Source of the DNA: Chiloscyllium plagiosum | Lineage: Eukaryota | DNA length: 64,000 bases | Reading direction: 5' to 3' | Assembly: GCF_004010195.1 (NCBI RefSeq) | Contig: NC_057751.1 | Span: forward strand, 18,353,185 to 18,417,184 | Shown: positions 50,025 to 61,995 of the stretch, one piece after another | Layout of the letters: each line of letters opens with the position of its first letter | How positions within the stretch are numbered: position 1 is the first letter of the stretch | Position numbers and translations under genes: made by a program | Notes under the pieces: generated by a model | Told to the model about the DNA's origin: nothing | The model's database searches: none | What the model saw: only the letters and a program-made list of their open reading frames with translations

Positions 50025-52155
50025 TCTGCGCCATTCCACCAACACCTTCTGTCCCTCCCAACCCTGCTTACTATTTCATTCCAATTCCCATCCAATATCC
50101 CCTCTTGAATGTTTTGAAATGAACGTGACACTGCTACATTGCCAGACACTACATTTGGGCGGATGCTTCCCAATGTTAACAAGGTGAGGTTGCACGCGTT
50201 TCTTTTTAGAGGGGTCTCAAACACAGATTCCAACGTGTCTGGTTTAGATGGGTTTAGGGCCAGTTTGACCATAACTAACAAATGTGCCTCAGGGAAAAAG
50301 GCTTTCGAGTTATAAAGGAACACATGTGAAAAGGGGATTGCTCAGTTCTTCGACCTCAGCTTTTCTCTGCTTCCACAAAGAACAAAGAATAAATAAAATT
50401 ACAGCACGTGAACAGGCCCTTCAGCTTCCAAGCCTATGCCTATTGAGATCATCTATCGACAGTTTTCATCTATTTTCAAAGAATCTGTATTCCTCTGCTC
50501 TCTGGCCAGTAAAGTATTTGTCTAGATACTTCTTAAATGATGCTCTCGCAGCCGTCTCTACCAACTGCACTGGTATCACGTACCAGGAACCTACTAAATT
50601 CTGAATAAAGAAAAGTCCACACATAGTCCTCTTCAGCTTTATCACACACACCTTGAAATCGTAACGCCTCGTCATTCAGTCCCCGCTGCTGTAGGAAAAA
50701 AGGTTCTTGCTGTTCAACATCTCTTTACCTCCCATAGTTTGATAGACCTCAATACGTTCCCTCTCAACCATCGTCTTTCTAATGGAAATAAATGTAACCT
50801 ACTCAACGTCTATTCATAGCTAGCGCCCTCCATACCAGGCAACATCCTAGTGAATCTCCACTGCGCACTCTCCAAAGCATCTACATCCTTCTGACAATGT
50901 GGCGACCAGAGTTGCATTCAGTATTCCAAATGTGGCCGATCCAATGCCGTTTACAACTGGAACATCACCTCTCAACACATGTCGTCAATACCCCGTCTAA
51001 TGAAAAAAAAACTTGCCAGATGACTTCTTGACCAGTCTATCGACCTGTATTGCTAACGTCAGCACACAATGGATCTGACAATGCAGATCTCACTGTGCAC
51101 CAGGGCTTTTTCATTTATCAAAAAAATTGTTCTAGGATAGGATGTTCTGAAATGCATCACATTGCAAAAGACCAGTTTGAACTTCGTCTGCTAGTCTCCA
51201 TTTAACCATCCCATCTATATATATTCTGCCCCACATTCTCACAATCCCCTTTACTATCTGCTTCTCCACTAACTTTAGTGTCATCTGCAAACTTGCTAAT
51301 CAGAACTTTTATACTTTCCTCCAGATCATTTATGCATTTCACAAACAACATAAATATGGTTGCAGCACATTTCAGTGTGGAATACCACTGGTAACTTATC
51401 TCCATTTTGATAAACTGCTTTCCACTACTATTCTCTGTCTCCTGCTATTCATCCAGGTCTCTATCCATCTTGCTAGTACACCCTGTACTCCATGTGACTT
51501 CACTTTCTCCACCAGCCTACCATGGGACAACTAACCAAACGCCTAATTCAAGTCTATGTATATTATATCTACAGGCCTTCCCTCATTCTTCGGTCATTGC
51601 TTTGTCACTTGCTCCAAAAAACTACTAAATTGGTAAGAAATTATGATCCCTCCTCAAAACCATGCCACCTATCACGGAGAAGACCATTTTCTTCTACATG
51701 GGAATGGATTCTATTCTCCCCGTGTCTGTGTGGGTTTCCTCCGGGTGCTTCACCATCTTCCCCAGCAGCTTTTCTACCCTGATGTCATGCACACCTGTCT
51801 ATAATGACCTGGATTACCCTTGCGACACTTCTTAAACAACCGGAGAACATTAGCAATGCTCGAGTCCTCCGGGACAAATTCAGTCTTCAATGATGCTGCA
51901 AAGGTGTCTGTTAAGGCCCCAACTACATTCTCTCTCGCTTCCCTCAGTAACCTGCGATAGATGCAAACCAGACCTGAGGACCTGTTCATGTTAATGCCTT
52001 TTAGAATGCACAACACCTCCTCCCTCCTTATGCCAATGTAACCAAAAGTAATCACACATCTATCTCTAACTTCAACATCCGTCATGTATCTCTCCTCCGT
52101 GAATACCAACACTAAGTACACGATTAGAATCTTACCTAGTTTCCATTACCCCAGG

Positions 52156-52372
52156 AGAAAGTAAGGTCTGCAGATGCTGGAGATCAAAGTTGAAACTTTA
52201 TTGCTGGAACAGCACAGCAGGTCAGGCAGCATCCAGGGAACAGGAGATTCGACGTTTCGGGCACAGGCCCTTCTTCAGGACCTGAAGAAGGGCCTGTGCC
52301 CGAAACGTCGAATCTCCTGTTCCCTGGATGCTGCCTGACCTGCTGTGCTGTTCCAGCAATAAAGTTTCAACT
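52156..52372. mobile_element. Palindromic non-autonomous Penelope pLTR derivative with HHR cores on both strands; 13-14 bp TSD
   Basis: Perfect 92-bp arms 52188-52279 and 52281-52372. CTGAAGA-A-GGGC CTGT GCCC-GAAAC-GTC at 52282-52309 and its mirror. (T)CCATTACCCCAGG at 52142-52155 and 52372-52385. Confidence 0.93.
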
Positions 52373-52526
52373 CCATTACCCCAGGCTTAGCTTTCCTCCT
52401 TTGTCCTCAATTCGGCCAATCCTTTCTGCATTTACCTTCTATTAAAAAAATGAAGGATTTTCCTTAACACCTTTTGCTACAGATATTAATTGAACCATAT
52501 TAGTTTTCTTAATTCCTCGTTTCATG

Positions 52527-52859
52527 TTAGATTAGATTAGATTACATTAGATTAGATTACTTACAGTGTGGAAACAGGCCCTTTGGCCCAACAAGTCCAC
52601 ACCGCCCCGCCGAAGCGCAACCCACCCACACCCCTACATTTACCCCTTACCTAATACTAGGGGCAATATAGCATGGCCAATTCACCTGACCTGCACATCT
52701 TTGGACTGTTTGAAGAATACCGGAGCACCCGGAGGAAACTCATGCAGACACGGGGAGAACGTGCAAACTCCACACAGTCAGTCGCCTGAGGCGGGTATTG
52801 AACCCGGGTCTTTGGCGCTGTGAGGCAGCAGGGCTAACCACTGTGCCACCGTGCCGCCC
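52527..52859 (-). mobile_element. HE1-type tRNA-derived SINE, young full-length copy
   Basis: Minus strand GGGCGGCACGGTGGCACAGTGGTTAG (A box), GGGTTCAATACCC (B box), conserved core, CR1-like 3' end and (TCTAA)n tail. Confidence 0.95.
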
Positions 52860-54157
52860 ATCGGGAAAGTATTGGTCCTACTTTCCTGATATTCGTCCAA
52901 CGTTTCGTCGGTTTACAGTTGCACAAATCTTATGCATGTTTCCTTTATCGCCTTAGCTTTTTTCACAAATTCGCCTGTCACCAATGTTCCCAATCTTCCC
53001 ATTTCTATTGTTCATCTTCATAGCTACATGTCTGTCCTCCAGTGTAATAAGCCTCACTTTAAAAGCCCCCAACATATCCAATATAGATTTACCCATAAAC
53101 AGCTGCCACCTATCCACACACCGCTTCTCCTGCGGAATTTTGCTATAGCAGCGCTTCTATACCCTGGCACTGTGAGGCAGCAGTGCTAACCACTGAGCCA
53201 CCATGCCGCATTAATTTGCAAAGTAAAGGTTTGTTCGCAAATGCATATTCAGCAAGTGCATCGTGGACCAATTTCTCTTACTCCCAATCAACCCTATTGG
53301 ACAAGGGAAGAAAGATTCATGGGAGAGAGGACTGCATGGATTCAGATTGGCATAATTCAGATCAAATTCGTTCAGAACCGCATACCTCCATGCTTCCCTG
53401 TGCCACACAACCACGCTTCACCTTCGTCCTGTTGGGAAAGCTGTCATTTTGTTTTACCCATGTGGAATGGACAATCTTGTGTTCGTCTTAACAGTGTTGG
53501 TGTCTTGGCAATGTCTGGCCGTGAGTCAGTAAGAACAGAGATTCGAAAAGGAAGAGTTGAACTGACACTGCGTTCCTCTGGTCTCTCCATGGATACCTCC
53601 CCCAAACGCTTGGAGCAATCAGGAACGATCCATTCCCAACATCACTCCAGTTTATTGTTTTAAAACTCAGATCTGATTCCATTGGATTCAACTCCATGAC
53701 CGATGCTTACGGTCAGCTGTCACGGGCCGGAGCCAACATCAAGGCGCAGTAAGGTTCACAAGGCACAGAACAGCCGTTCGTTCATCATGCCTATGTGAGA
53801 GCACTTCATTCCCAACCTGACTCTGTGTCATTCCACCAACACACCCTACCCTCCAACATCCCTGCTCACCATTTCCATTCTAATTCCCATGCAACATCCC
53901 TTCTTGAATATTTTCGATTGAACATGCTTCAGCCACATTTCCAAGTACGATACTTGGGAGGATGTTACTCCGTTAACAAGGTTAAGTCATACTTCTTTCT
54001 TTTTAGGGGGTCTCAAACCCACATTCCACTGTGCCTGGTTTAGATGGGTTTGAGGGCCGATTTGACCATAACTAACAGAGAAGAGGCTTTCAAGTTGACA
54101 AAATGTGCCAAAGGGATTAACCAATTCTTCCAGCTCAGGTGTTCTCTGTTTTGTCCA

Positions 54158-56118
54158 AGGAACAAAGAATAAATTGCAGCACGTGAACAGGCACTTAAGC
54201 CCTCCAACCCTGCATCTGTCTAGATCCTATATCTAAAGTTTTCATCTATTTTCGAAGGATCTGTATCCCTCTGCTCCCTGCTCAGTTAGGTATTTGTCTA
54301 TATACTTCTTAAATTATGCTATCGTATCCATCTCTACTAACTGAACTGGCATCACATACCAGTTGCGCACCAGCGTCTGGGTAAAAAAATGTCCACGCAT
54401 AGTTCCCTTCAACTTTACCTCACTCACCTTGAACTCATGACGTGTAGTAATTCAGTCCTCCGCTCTGGGAAAAAAAGGCTTCTTGCTGTTCACCTTGTCT
54501 ATACCACCCATAATTTGTTAGATCTCAATCAGTTCCCTCCTGAAACTTTGTCTTTCTAACGAAAACAAACCTAATCTACTCAATTTCTCTTCACAGCTGG
54601 CGCCCTCCATACCAGGCAACATCCTGGTGAATCTTCACTGCACCATCTCCATGACGTTCACATCCTTCTGGCAATGTGACGACCTAAGAACTGTACGCAT
54701 AATTCCAAACGTGGCCGAACCAATGTCGTTTACAACTGGAACATCACTTGCCAACACTTGTAGTCAATACCCTGTCCGCTGAAAGAAAGCATGCCATGTG
54801 CCTTCTTGACCACTCTATCGACCCGCGTTGTCAGGTTCATGATTGAACACACATTACATTAATTTTCCCCAGGACTTTTTCATTTAGCGAAAATGTTGTT
54901 CAAAAATAGGATCTTCTGAAATGCATGCACATGCCCGGATTGAACTTCATCTGCCATTTCTCCACCCAACCATACGATCTATATGTATTGTGCTACTTTT
55001 TTCTCGCAGTTCCCTTCACTATTAGCTACTCAACGAGCTTTAGTGCCATCTGCAAACTTCCTAATACGAACTTTTTTTTATTTCTCCAGATCATTTATGT
55101 ATATCACAAAAAGCAGTGGTTTCAGCTTGTATCAGTGTGGAGCACCACTGGTAACATAACTATTTGCAAAGTTCACTTCCACTACTACTCTTCGTCTCCT
55201 GTTGTTCAGCCAGTTCTCTATTCATCTCGGTTGTACACCCTGTACTCCACGTGACTTCACTTTCTCCATCAGCCTACATGGGGAAACTTATGAAACGCGG
55301 TACTGAAGTTTTGCATATGACATTTACAGGCCTGCCCTCAACTTTCGTGCATTGTTTTGTCACTCCCTCAAAAAAATCTACTAAGTTGGTAAGGCATGAT
55401 GTTCCCAATACAAAACCATGCTGCCTATCATGGATAAGCCGATTTTATTCTAAATGGAAGTAGATCTTTTTCCTCATCATCTTCTCCAGCAGCTTTTCTA
55501 CCATTGACGTCAGGCACATCGGACTACAATGACCTGGATTGCCCTTACGACTCTTCTTGAACAAGGGGACAACATTAGCAATCCTCTAGTCATCCGGGAC
55601 AATGATGCCGCAAAGGTGTATGTAAAGGCCCCAGCTATATCCCCTCTCGATTCCCTCACTAAACTGGGATAAATCCAAACCAAATATGAGGTCTTGTTCA
55701 CGTTAATGCCTTTAAAAATAAACCACACACCCTCGCTCCTTCTGCCAACTTGACCGAGAGTAATCATACATCGGTCCCTAATTTCAATATCCATCATGTT
55801 GAATACCGACACTAAGTACTCCTTCAGAATATTGCGAATTTTTCATGACTCCAGGCATAGCTTTTCTCCTTTGGCCTGAAGTGGGTCAACCCTTTCTCCA
55901 TTTACCCTCTTGATCCTAATAAAAGAATGGAAGGCTTTGTGATTTTCGTTTACTCGCTTTGATGCAGATATCACATGAGCCAAATTCCCAATACTCTTTA
56001 AAATCTTCGCACATAATCAAAATAGGGTTACCCTTAAACAGCTGCCAACCATCCACACACCTCAGCTCCTGCCGAGTTTTACTATAGTTGCCCATCCCCC
56101 GATTTATCATTCTTCCCA
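54158..56118 (-). mobile_element. CR1 LINE ORF2, decayed (unit B copy)
   Basis: Colinear with 50375-53160. Confidence 0.85.
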
Positions 56119-57029
56119 ACTAGTGAAGAAACAGCAATTGGTATGTAAATGTAACTGATGTAATGCTCGGAGAACAACCTCAGTGTGGTGTTCTCAAGTA
56201 TCTATTGGCTTGTTGTTGAAAACGATAGAGGTTGTGTGTTTAGACGATGCTGACTGAACAACATTGATGAGTCTCTGTACTACACGGCACTTTACTGATC
56301 GCTGGTGTTGGAGTGAGACGAATTTAATGAAAATATCGCGATAAGAAAGAGATCATTTGGCCTAGGGGCCCTCAAACTCCTTGAGTTTTGTTGAAGAAGC
56401 ATTCATCCTGGCAAGTGGAGAACTTTGGTGATTGTGCTTTGCAGGTAGTGGATCGCCTTCGACGAGTTAGAAGGTGAGATCTTGCTGAATGCTCGCCAAC
56501 ATCTTGCAGTCACCATATTTATACAGCTAATCCAGTTCAGTTTCAATATGGCAACTTGTATTATTAATTTGCGAACTCACTGATAATAATGAATGTCTCA
56601 GTGAGATTGTTAAATCCCTTTAAATGGTAATCCCCAGGATGTTGATGGTGATGTGATTCAGACATCGTCAAAACATATGGCCGCAGTACACTTTGTTGGG
56701 TTTGGTCATTTCCTGGCATTTATGTGCTGCGAATATGATTTGACAGTTTCCAGCTCAAGGCGAGATATTGTCCAGGATTGGTGCATTTGGGCATCGACTG
56801 CTTCAGTATGTGTGAACAATGGAGATGTCATAAGACCTTGATGAAACTTCACAGCAATGTTTAGTTAATGTCCTGTAAATATTTGAATCCTTATGATGAA
56901 AACAGGCACAGAACAATGAGAAAAAAGTGAAGCTGAGTGCTTGTCTCTATGTAATGTGACATATTACTGCGCGTTTAAAACAATTTATTTTGTGCTCTTT
57001 CTCTTGCAAGGAGGTGTTGCCAGAATGAT

Positions 57030-57720
57030 GATGGTTTGTCTGCTTCAGAAACAATAGTTAAACAATATTGAGCTCAATAAGATTTTATTTTTCAAGTTAA
57101 TCAAAAGCAGCATATGTGGCTGGGGTCAGGCTCACACAAACCCAAAGTTTTAATTTTTCTTCAGTTTAAGGTAGAGGTGATGTTTGGACAGAGGGGAATC
57201 TGATAGATACAGATCTGTCTCTTCTGCAGAAACTAAAACGCCTCTGTTCTCTCTGTGTTGCTAGACAGTTTAGTTTTCCTATGTTTTTTTTTCTCCATAA
57301 CTGGTGATATCAGGTGAAAAATAACGAAGTGTGTTTAGTGGAATAAAAAAAAACAGAAGTTGCTGGGAAAACTCAGCAGTTCTGGCAGCATCTGTACAGA
57401 GAAACCAGAGTTAAAGTTTCGGGTCCACTGACACTTGTTCAATACTCGTGTGTTCATGTGATGTTGCTGCATTATTAATCCTCAACTATTAATTGAGGAT
57501 TAATAGTTAAGCAACATATTCATTTGGTCACCTTTATTACGTCAAAATCATGTGAATTCCTTTTTGGTTGCTGCATTTTAACTGTGGTGTAAGAACAAAG
57601 TGTATTTTGCTTAACCCCTAATAGTTTGATCAAATGAATCACATCTGGAACAGTACACTTTTGGCATGCCTTTCACTCAATAAGATTTCGGGTCTGACCT
57701 GCTTCCTTGATATGTCTTCG
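57030..57720 (+). mobile_element. Probable gypsy LTR relic containing a decayed pLTR-type insert (57345-57445)
   Basis: AACAAAGTGTATTTTGCTTAA..GGTCTGACCTGCTTCCTTG resembles the LTR 3' part at 29410-29530 and 33370-33490. Confidence 0.5.
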
Positions 57721-57743
57721 TGTGTGTATGTATACATACACAT

Positions 57744-58010
57744 ATTAGACTACTTACAGTGTGGAAACAGGCCCTTCGGCTCAACAAGTCCACACCAACC
57801 CTCCAAAGAGCAACGCACCCAGACCCATTCCCCGAACACTACGGTCAATTTAGCATGGCCAATTCACCTGACCTGCACATCTTTGGACCGTGGGAGGAAA
57901 CTCATGCAGACACAGAGAGAATGTGCAAACTCTACACAGACAGTTACCTGAGGCGGGAACTGAACCGAGGTCTCTGGTACTGTAAGGCAGCAGTGCTAAC
58001 CACTATGCCA
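57744..58010 (-). mobile_element. HE1-type SINE inserted in a CA/TG-rich microsatellite
   Basis: Similarity to 52527-52859; flanks TGTGTGTATGTATACATACACA and CACACACATACACATG. Confidence 0.9.
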
Positions 58011-58073
58011 CACACACATACACATGCTTGCATGCATACACACACACACAGATATTTACATATGTGTGTGTGT

Positions 58074-60100
58074 AGCAATACAGCGCAGAACAGGCCCTTC
58101 AGCCCCCAATGTTGCGTCGATCTGTGAACTATTCTCAGCTCGTCCCCCTACACTATCCCATCATCATCCATGTGCTTATCCAAAGATTGTTTACATCTCC
58201 CTAATGTCGCTGAGTTAACTACATTGGCAGGCAGGGCATTCCACGCACTTACCAATCTCTGAGTAAAGAACCTGCCTCTGACATCTGTCTTAAATCTATC
58301 ACCCCCTCAATGTGCAGCTATGCCGCCTCGTACAAGCTGACATCATCATTCTAGGAAAAGGACTTTCGCTGTCTACTCTATCTAATCCTCTGATCATCTT
58401 GTATGCCTGTATTAAATTCCCTTTTAGACTTCTTCTTTCCAAAGAGAATAAACCCAAGTCGCTCAGCCTTTACTCATAAGACCTTCCCTCCAGACCAGGC
58501 AACATCCTGGTAAATCTCCTCTGCACCTTTTCCAATGATTCCACATCCTTCCCGAAGTATGGCGATCAGAACTGTACTCAATATTCCAAGTGCAACCGCA
58601 TGAGCATTTTGTATAGTTGCAGCATGATATTGCGGTTCCAGAATGCAATCCCTCTACCAATGAAACCTAACACACCCTATGCCTGCTTAACAGCACTATC
58701 AACATGGGTGGCAACTTTCAAGGATCTATGCATATGCACTCCAAGATCCTTCTGCACATCCACATGACCAATAATCTTTCCATTGGCCCAGTACTCTGCC
58801 TTCCTGCTATTCTTCCAATGTGCATCACCTCACATTTAGTTGCATTTAACTCCCTTTGCCACCTTTCAGTCCAATTCTACAGTTTATCCAAGACACCCTG
58901 CAAACTGTAACATTCTTCCAAACACTCCACCAACTTTAGTCTCATCTGCAAATTTACTAATCCATCCACCTATGCCTGCGTCTAAGTTCTTAATAAAAAT
59001 GACAAGCAGCACTGGATCAAACCAGATCATTGTGGCACATACTCGTAACTGTACTTCAGGCTGAATATTTTCTATCAACCACCACTCGCTGCCTTCTTTC
59101 AGAGAGCCAGTTACTAATCCAAACTGCTAAATCACCCTCAATCCCATGCCTATGCAGTTTCTCCAAGAGCCTACCTGTGGAACCTTATCAAAGACTTTAT
59201 TAAAGTCCATGTATACCACGTCAACTGTCCTTCCCTCATCTACATGCTTGGTCACCTTCTCAAAAATCTCAATGAGGTTTGTGAGACACGACCTGCCCTT
59301 GACGAAACCACGTTGACTATTTGAAATCAAATTGTTGCTTGCTAGATGATTATAAATCTCATCTCGTATAATCATTTCCAAACTTTTTACTACAGCAGAA
59401 GTAAGGCTCACTGATCTATAATTATCTGGGTCATGTCTACTGACCTTCTTGAACAAGGGCACAGCAATTGCAATCCTCCAGTCTTCAGGTAATAAACCTG
59501 CAGACAATGACATCTCAAAGTTCAAAGCCAAAGACTCTGCTATCTCATTTCTAGCTTCCCAGAGAATCGTCGGATAAACTTCATCCAGCCCAGGGGACTT
59601 GTCTACTTTCACTCCTTCTAGAAGTGATAACACCTTCTCCTAACTAACGTCGATCCTTTCTAGTCTAATATCTCGTATCTCATTCTTCTCCTCTGCAATA
59701 TTCTAATTTTCTTGATGAGAAATATTCGATTAGCACCTCTCCGATCTACACAGGGTCCACACTGATCTTCCCACTTTGGTCTTTGACTGGCCCTATTCCT
59801 ACCCTAGTCATCCTTTTATTCCTCACATACCTATAGAAAGCTTTAGGATCCTCCTTTATTCTATTTGCTAAAGATTGCTCATGTTCTCTGTTTGCTCTTC
59901 TTAACTCTCTCTTTAAATCCGTCTGCAGTTCTCCATCGCTTCATCTGAACCACTTTGTCTCATCAACACATATGCCTCCTTCTTCCCGTTCACAAGGAAT
60001 GAAATTTCTGTCGTAAACCACGCTTCCCTTACCTTATCACTTCCTCCCTCTCTGACAGGGACATACCTATCAAGGACACGCAATATCTGTTCCTTAAATT
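58074..60100 (-). mobile_element. CR1 LINE ORF2, 5'-truncated, moderately young
   Basis: ORF 59127-59633 KSPGLDEVYP..PEDWRIA..NYRSVSLTS..GFVKGRSCLTNL..VYMDFNKVFDKVP; ISKFADETKVGG. Confidence 0.92.
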
Positions 60101-60747
60101 TTGAGGGGGTTTGGTCCACTTCATAACAATTGCCACAGATACAACTGGAATAAAATACTGAAGTGGCAATTTAACTGAACATGCATCAGACTCAAATTTC
60201 AAAATCTGAATGAGAAACTGCCGGAACAGAATGTAATCGGTCTGGCTATGTGACTGAACTCTATACATATGGCAAATAAACCAGTAGCTATTATAAATGA
60301 ATCACAAATCATGTGTAATATGTGTAAGATTCAAAAATGCTCGAGAAGTCTGGCAACATCTGTAGAGAGAAAGCAGAAATAACATTTTGGGCCCAGTGAC
60401 TCTACATCAGAACCTTATATGGATAAATAGAGACTGTGAAGCTGAATTGTCATGTTGATGGATCACTCCTTGGCAAACTCTGCTACGTTTTCTTTGTTGG
60501 GCAAGTTTTGACATTCAAATTATTTTGGCTTTTCATTGCTTGAATAATTCCCAACATTTTATTGAAAACAGTTTGAGCCGCTGATGTAATGTGTTTGTTC
60601 AAGTAAGTGTAACTAAAAGAAACGAAAACGTTCACAGTAATGTCAGTGGGGATTTATTCCCTGTGTATATCGTGGACCATTTAAATTAACCGGTTCAGAG
60701 GACCTTCAGCTGAACTATCGTTTTCAGACCATTTGAAGCAACTGGAA

Positions 60748-60817
60748 ATGGAACCTGCAATAATTGTTCAGGTGGAACGGATTTACATGCCGATTCTAGC
60801 AGCTGTTGGAGTCCCTG
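60748..60817 (+). CDS. Probable first coding exon of a GPR139-like GPCR gene (rest lies beyond the window)
   Basis: ATG in GAAATGG context, MEPAIIVQVERIYMPILAAVGVP+G, then a GTAAG donor at 60818. Its phase 1 matches the phase-1 acceptor of the paralogous exon at 26190. The IYxPILAAxGVP motif is typical of TM1 in this family. Confidence 0.8.
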
Positions 60818-61188
60818 GTAAGCTATAACCTCTGTTGCTGATGCTGAACATCGATGCGAGCTCTGTTGCGTTTGTTGACATCTGTTCTCATGGAGTTTAT
60901 CTCACAGCTGTTTGTTCAGTCGAACAATTGACTCAAGGAATTATTCTGTCCACAGTGCTGCCGCCTGTTCCAAACAAGATTGCTTTATAATTGCAATAAG
61001 TTTGATTTGTTAAGTTCTTCATTCAGAGTTGTAGTTGAACAAAGAAGCAGAGGGGCATGTTTAAGGCTGAAATGTGGTAACGTCTCTTTCTCTCCGAGGG
61101 TTGTGAGTCTTCAGAATTCTGTGCTTCAAAGGATGGTGAATGCATTTTTAAAAAATCATGAACGCAGTCAATGTTTTGATGACCAATG

Positions 61189-61351
61189 AGACGAAAGCTT
61201 ACCAAGGATATTCAAAAATGTTCAGGAATGTAGAATTTAGATAATAGCTATGTCAGCCTGAAATTGATGTGAAATTGTAACAGGATGGAAGGGCTAAATA
61301 TGTAATTCCTTCTCTATGTTCGTATGATCCACGTGTTAATGGAATGTTACT

Positions 61352-61386
<35 letters not shown>

Positions 61387-61546
61387 CGAAAGCTTACCAA
61401 GGATATTCAAAAATGTTCAGGAATGTAGAATTTAGATAATAGCCATGTCAGCCTGAAATTGCTGTGAAATTGTAACAGGATGGAAGGGCTAAATATGTAA
61501 TTCCTTCTCCATGTTCGTATGATCCACGTGTTAATGGAATGTTACT

Positions 61547-61580
<34 letters not shown>
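61189..61580. repeat. Tandem duplication of a 195-bp unit ending in a (GT)n microsatellite
   Basis: AGACGAAAGCTTACCAAGG.. at 61189 and 61384, near-identical, each followed by (GT)n. Confidence 0.97.
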
Positions 61581-61582
<2 letters not shown>

Positions 61583-61684
61583 ATGTGTGCACATGCGCTG
61601 TGAAAAGGCTTCTGGCTTAGAGCCAGGGATCAGAGAATCAGATGTTTATTTACAGTTTTATTGTGTGAGTCTCACGATCAGAAT

Positions 61685-61995
61685 TAGAATAATCGAATCA
61701 CCGAAGTTTGGAAGCAGGTCATTCGGCCATCAATTCTACATCAAACTGTCAAAGAATACTTACCAACCTACACAAATCCTTTCTCCCTCATTTCCTATGC
61801 CTAATCCACTTATTCCGCGCACTACAGACAATTTAGAATTCTAATCTTACGACCTTACACATTTTTGTACTATGGGAGGAAACTGGATTATCCAGAGGAA
61901 TCTCCTGCACACACAGGCAGAATACAAAAACTGCACAAGTTGCACCAAGTTGGAATTGGGCCGAGTTCACTGACTCTGTGAAGCCATAGTTGCAC
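61685..61995 (-). mobile_element. Decayed HE1-type SINE
   Basis: ACTACAGACAATTTAG..TATGGGAGGAAACTGGATTATCCAGAGGAA core. Confidence 0.6.

Larger units (their letters stand above)
50375..53160 (-). mobile_element. CR1 LINE ORF2, decayed (unit A copy)
   Basis: LISKFADDTKVSG, VPEDSSIANV..GHYRQV; tail at ~50375-50420. Confidence 0.85.
49294..56118. repeat. Older diverged segmental duplication: unit A ~49294-53160, unit B ~53480-56118
   Basis: Same order and junctions of an old repeat relic, a gypsy LTR 5' fragment (50174/53971) and a minus-strand CR1 (50375/54158). Unit A has extra insertions. Confidence 0.85.

Noticed and set aside
52156..52372. DNA-transposon MITE or miRNA gene
   Set aside because: The arms are Penelope pLTR sequence, the left end has an extra unpaired 32 bp, and the TSD length matches the other Penelope insertions here.
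52790..52859. tRNA gene
   Set aside because: The A and B boxes belong to a SINE head that continues into SINE core and tail; the same applies to the other SINE copies.
57473..57505. 13-bp-arm hairpin as terminator or MITE
   Set aside because: AT-rich, short, inside an LTR relic, and no TSD; most likely a local micro-inversion.
26190..60817. Joining the exon at 60748 to the exon at 26190 as one gene
   Set aside because: The order is wrong on the same strand (exon 1 lies downstream), so they are separate paralogs.
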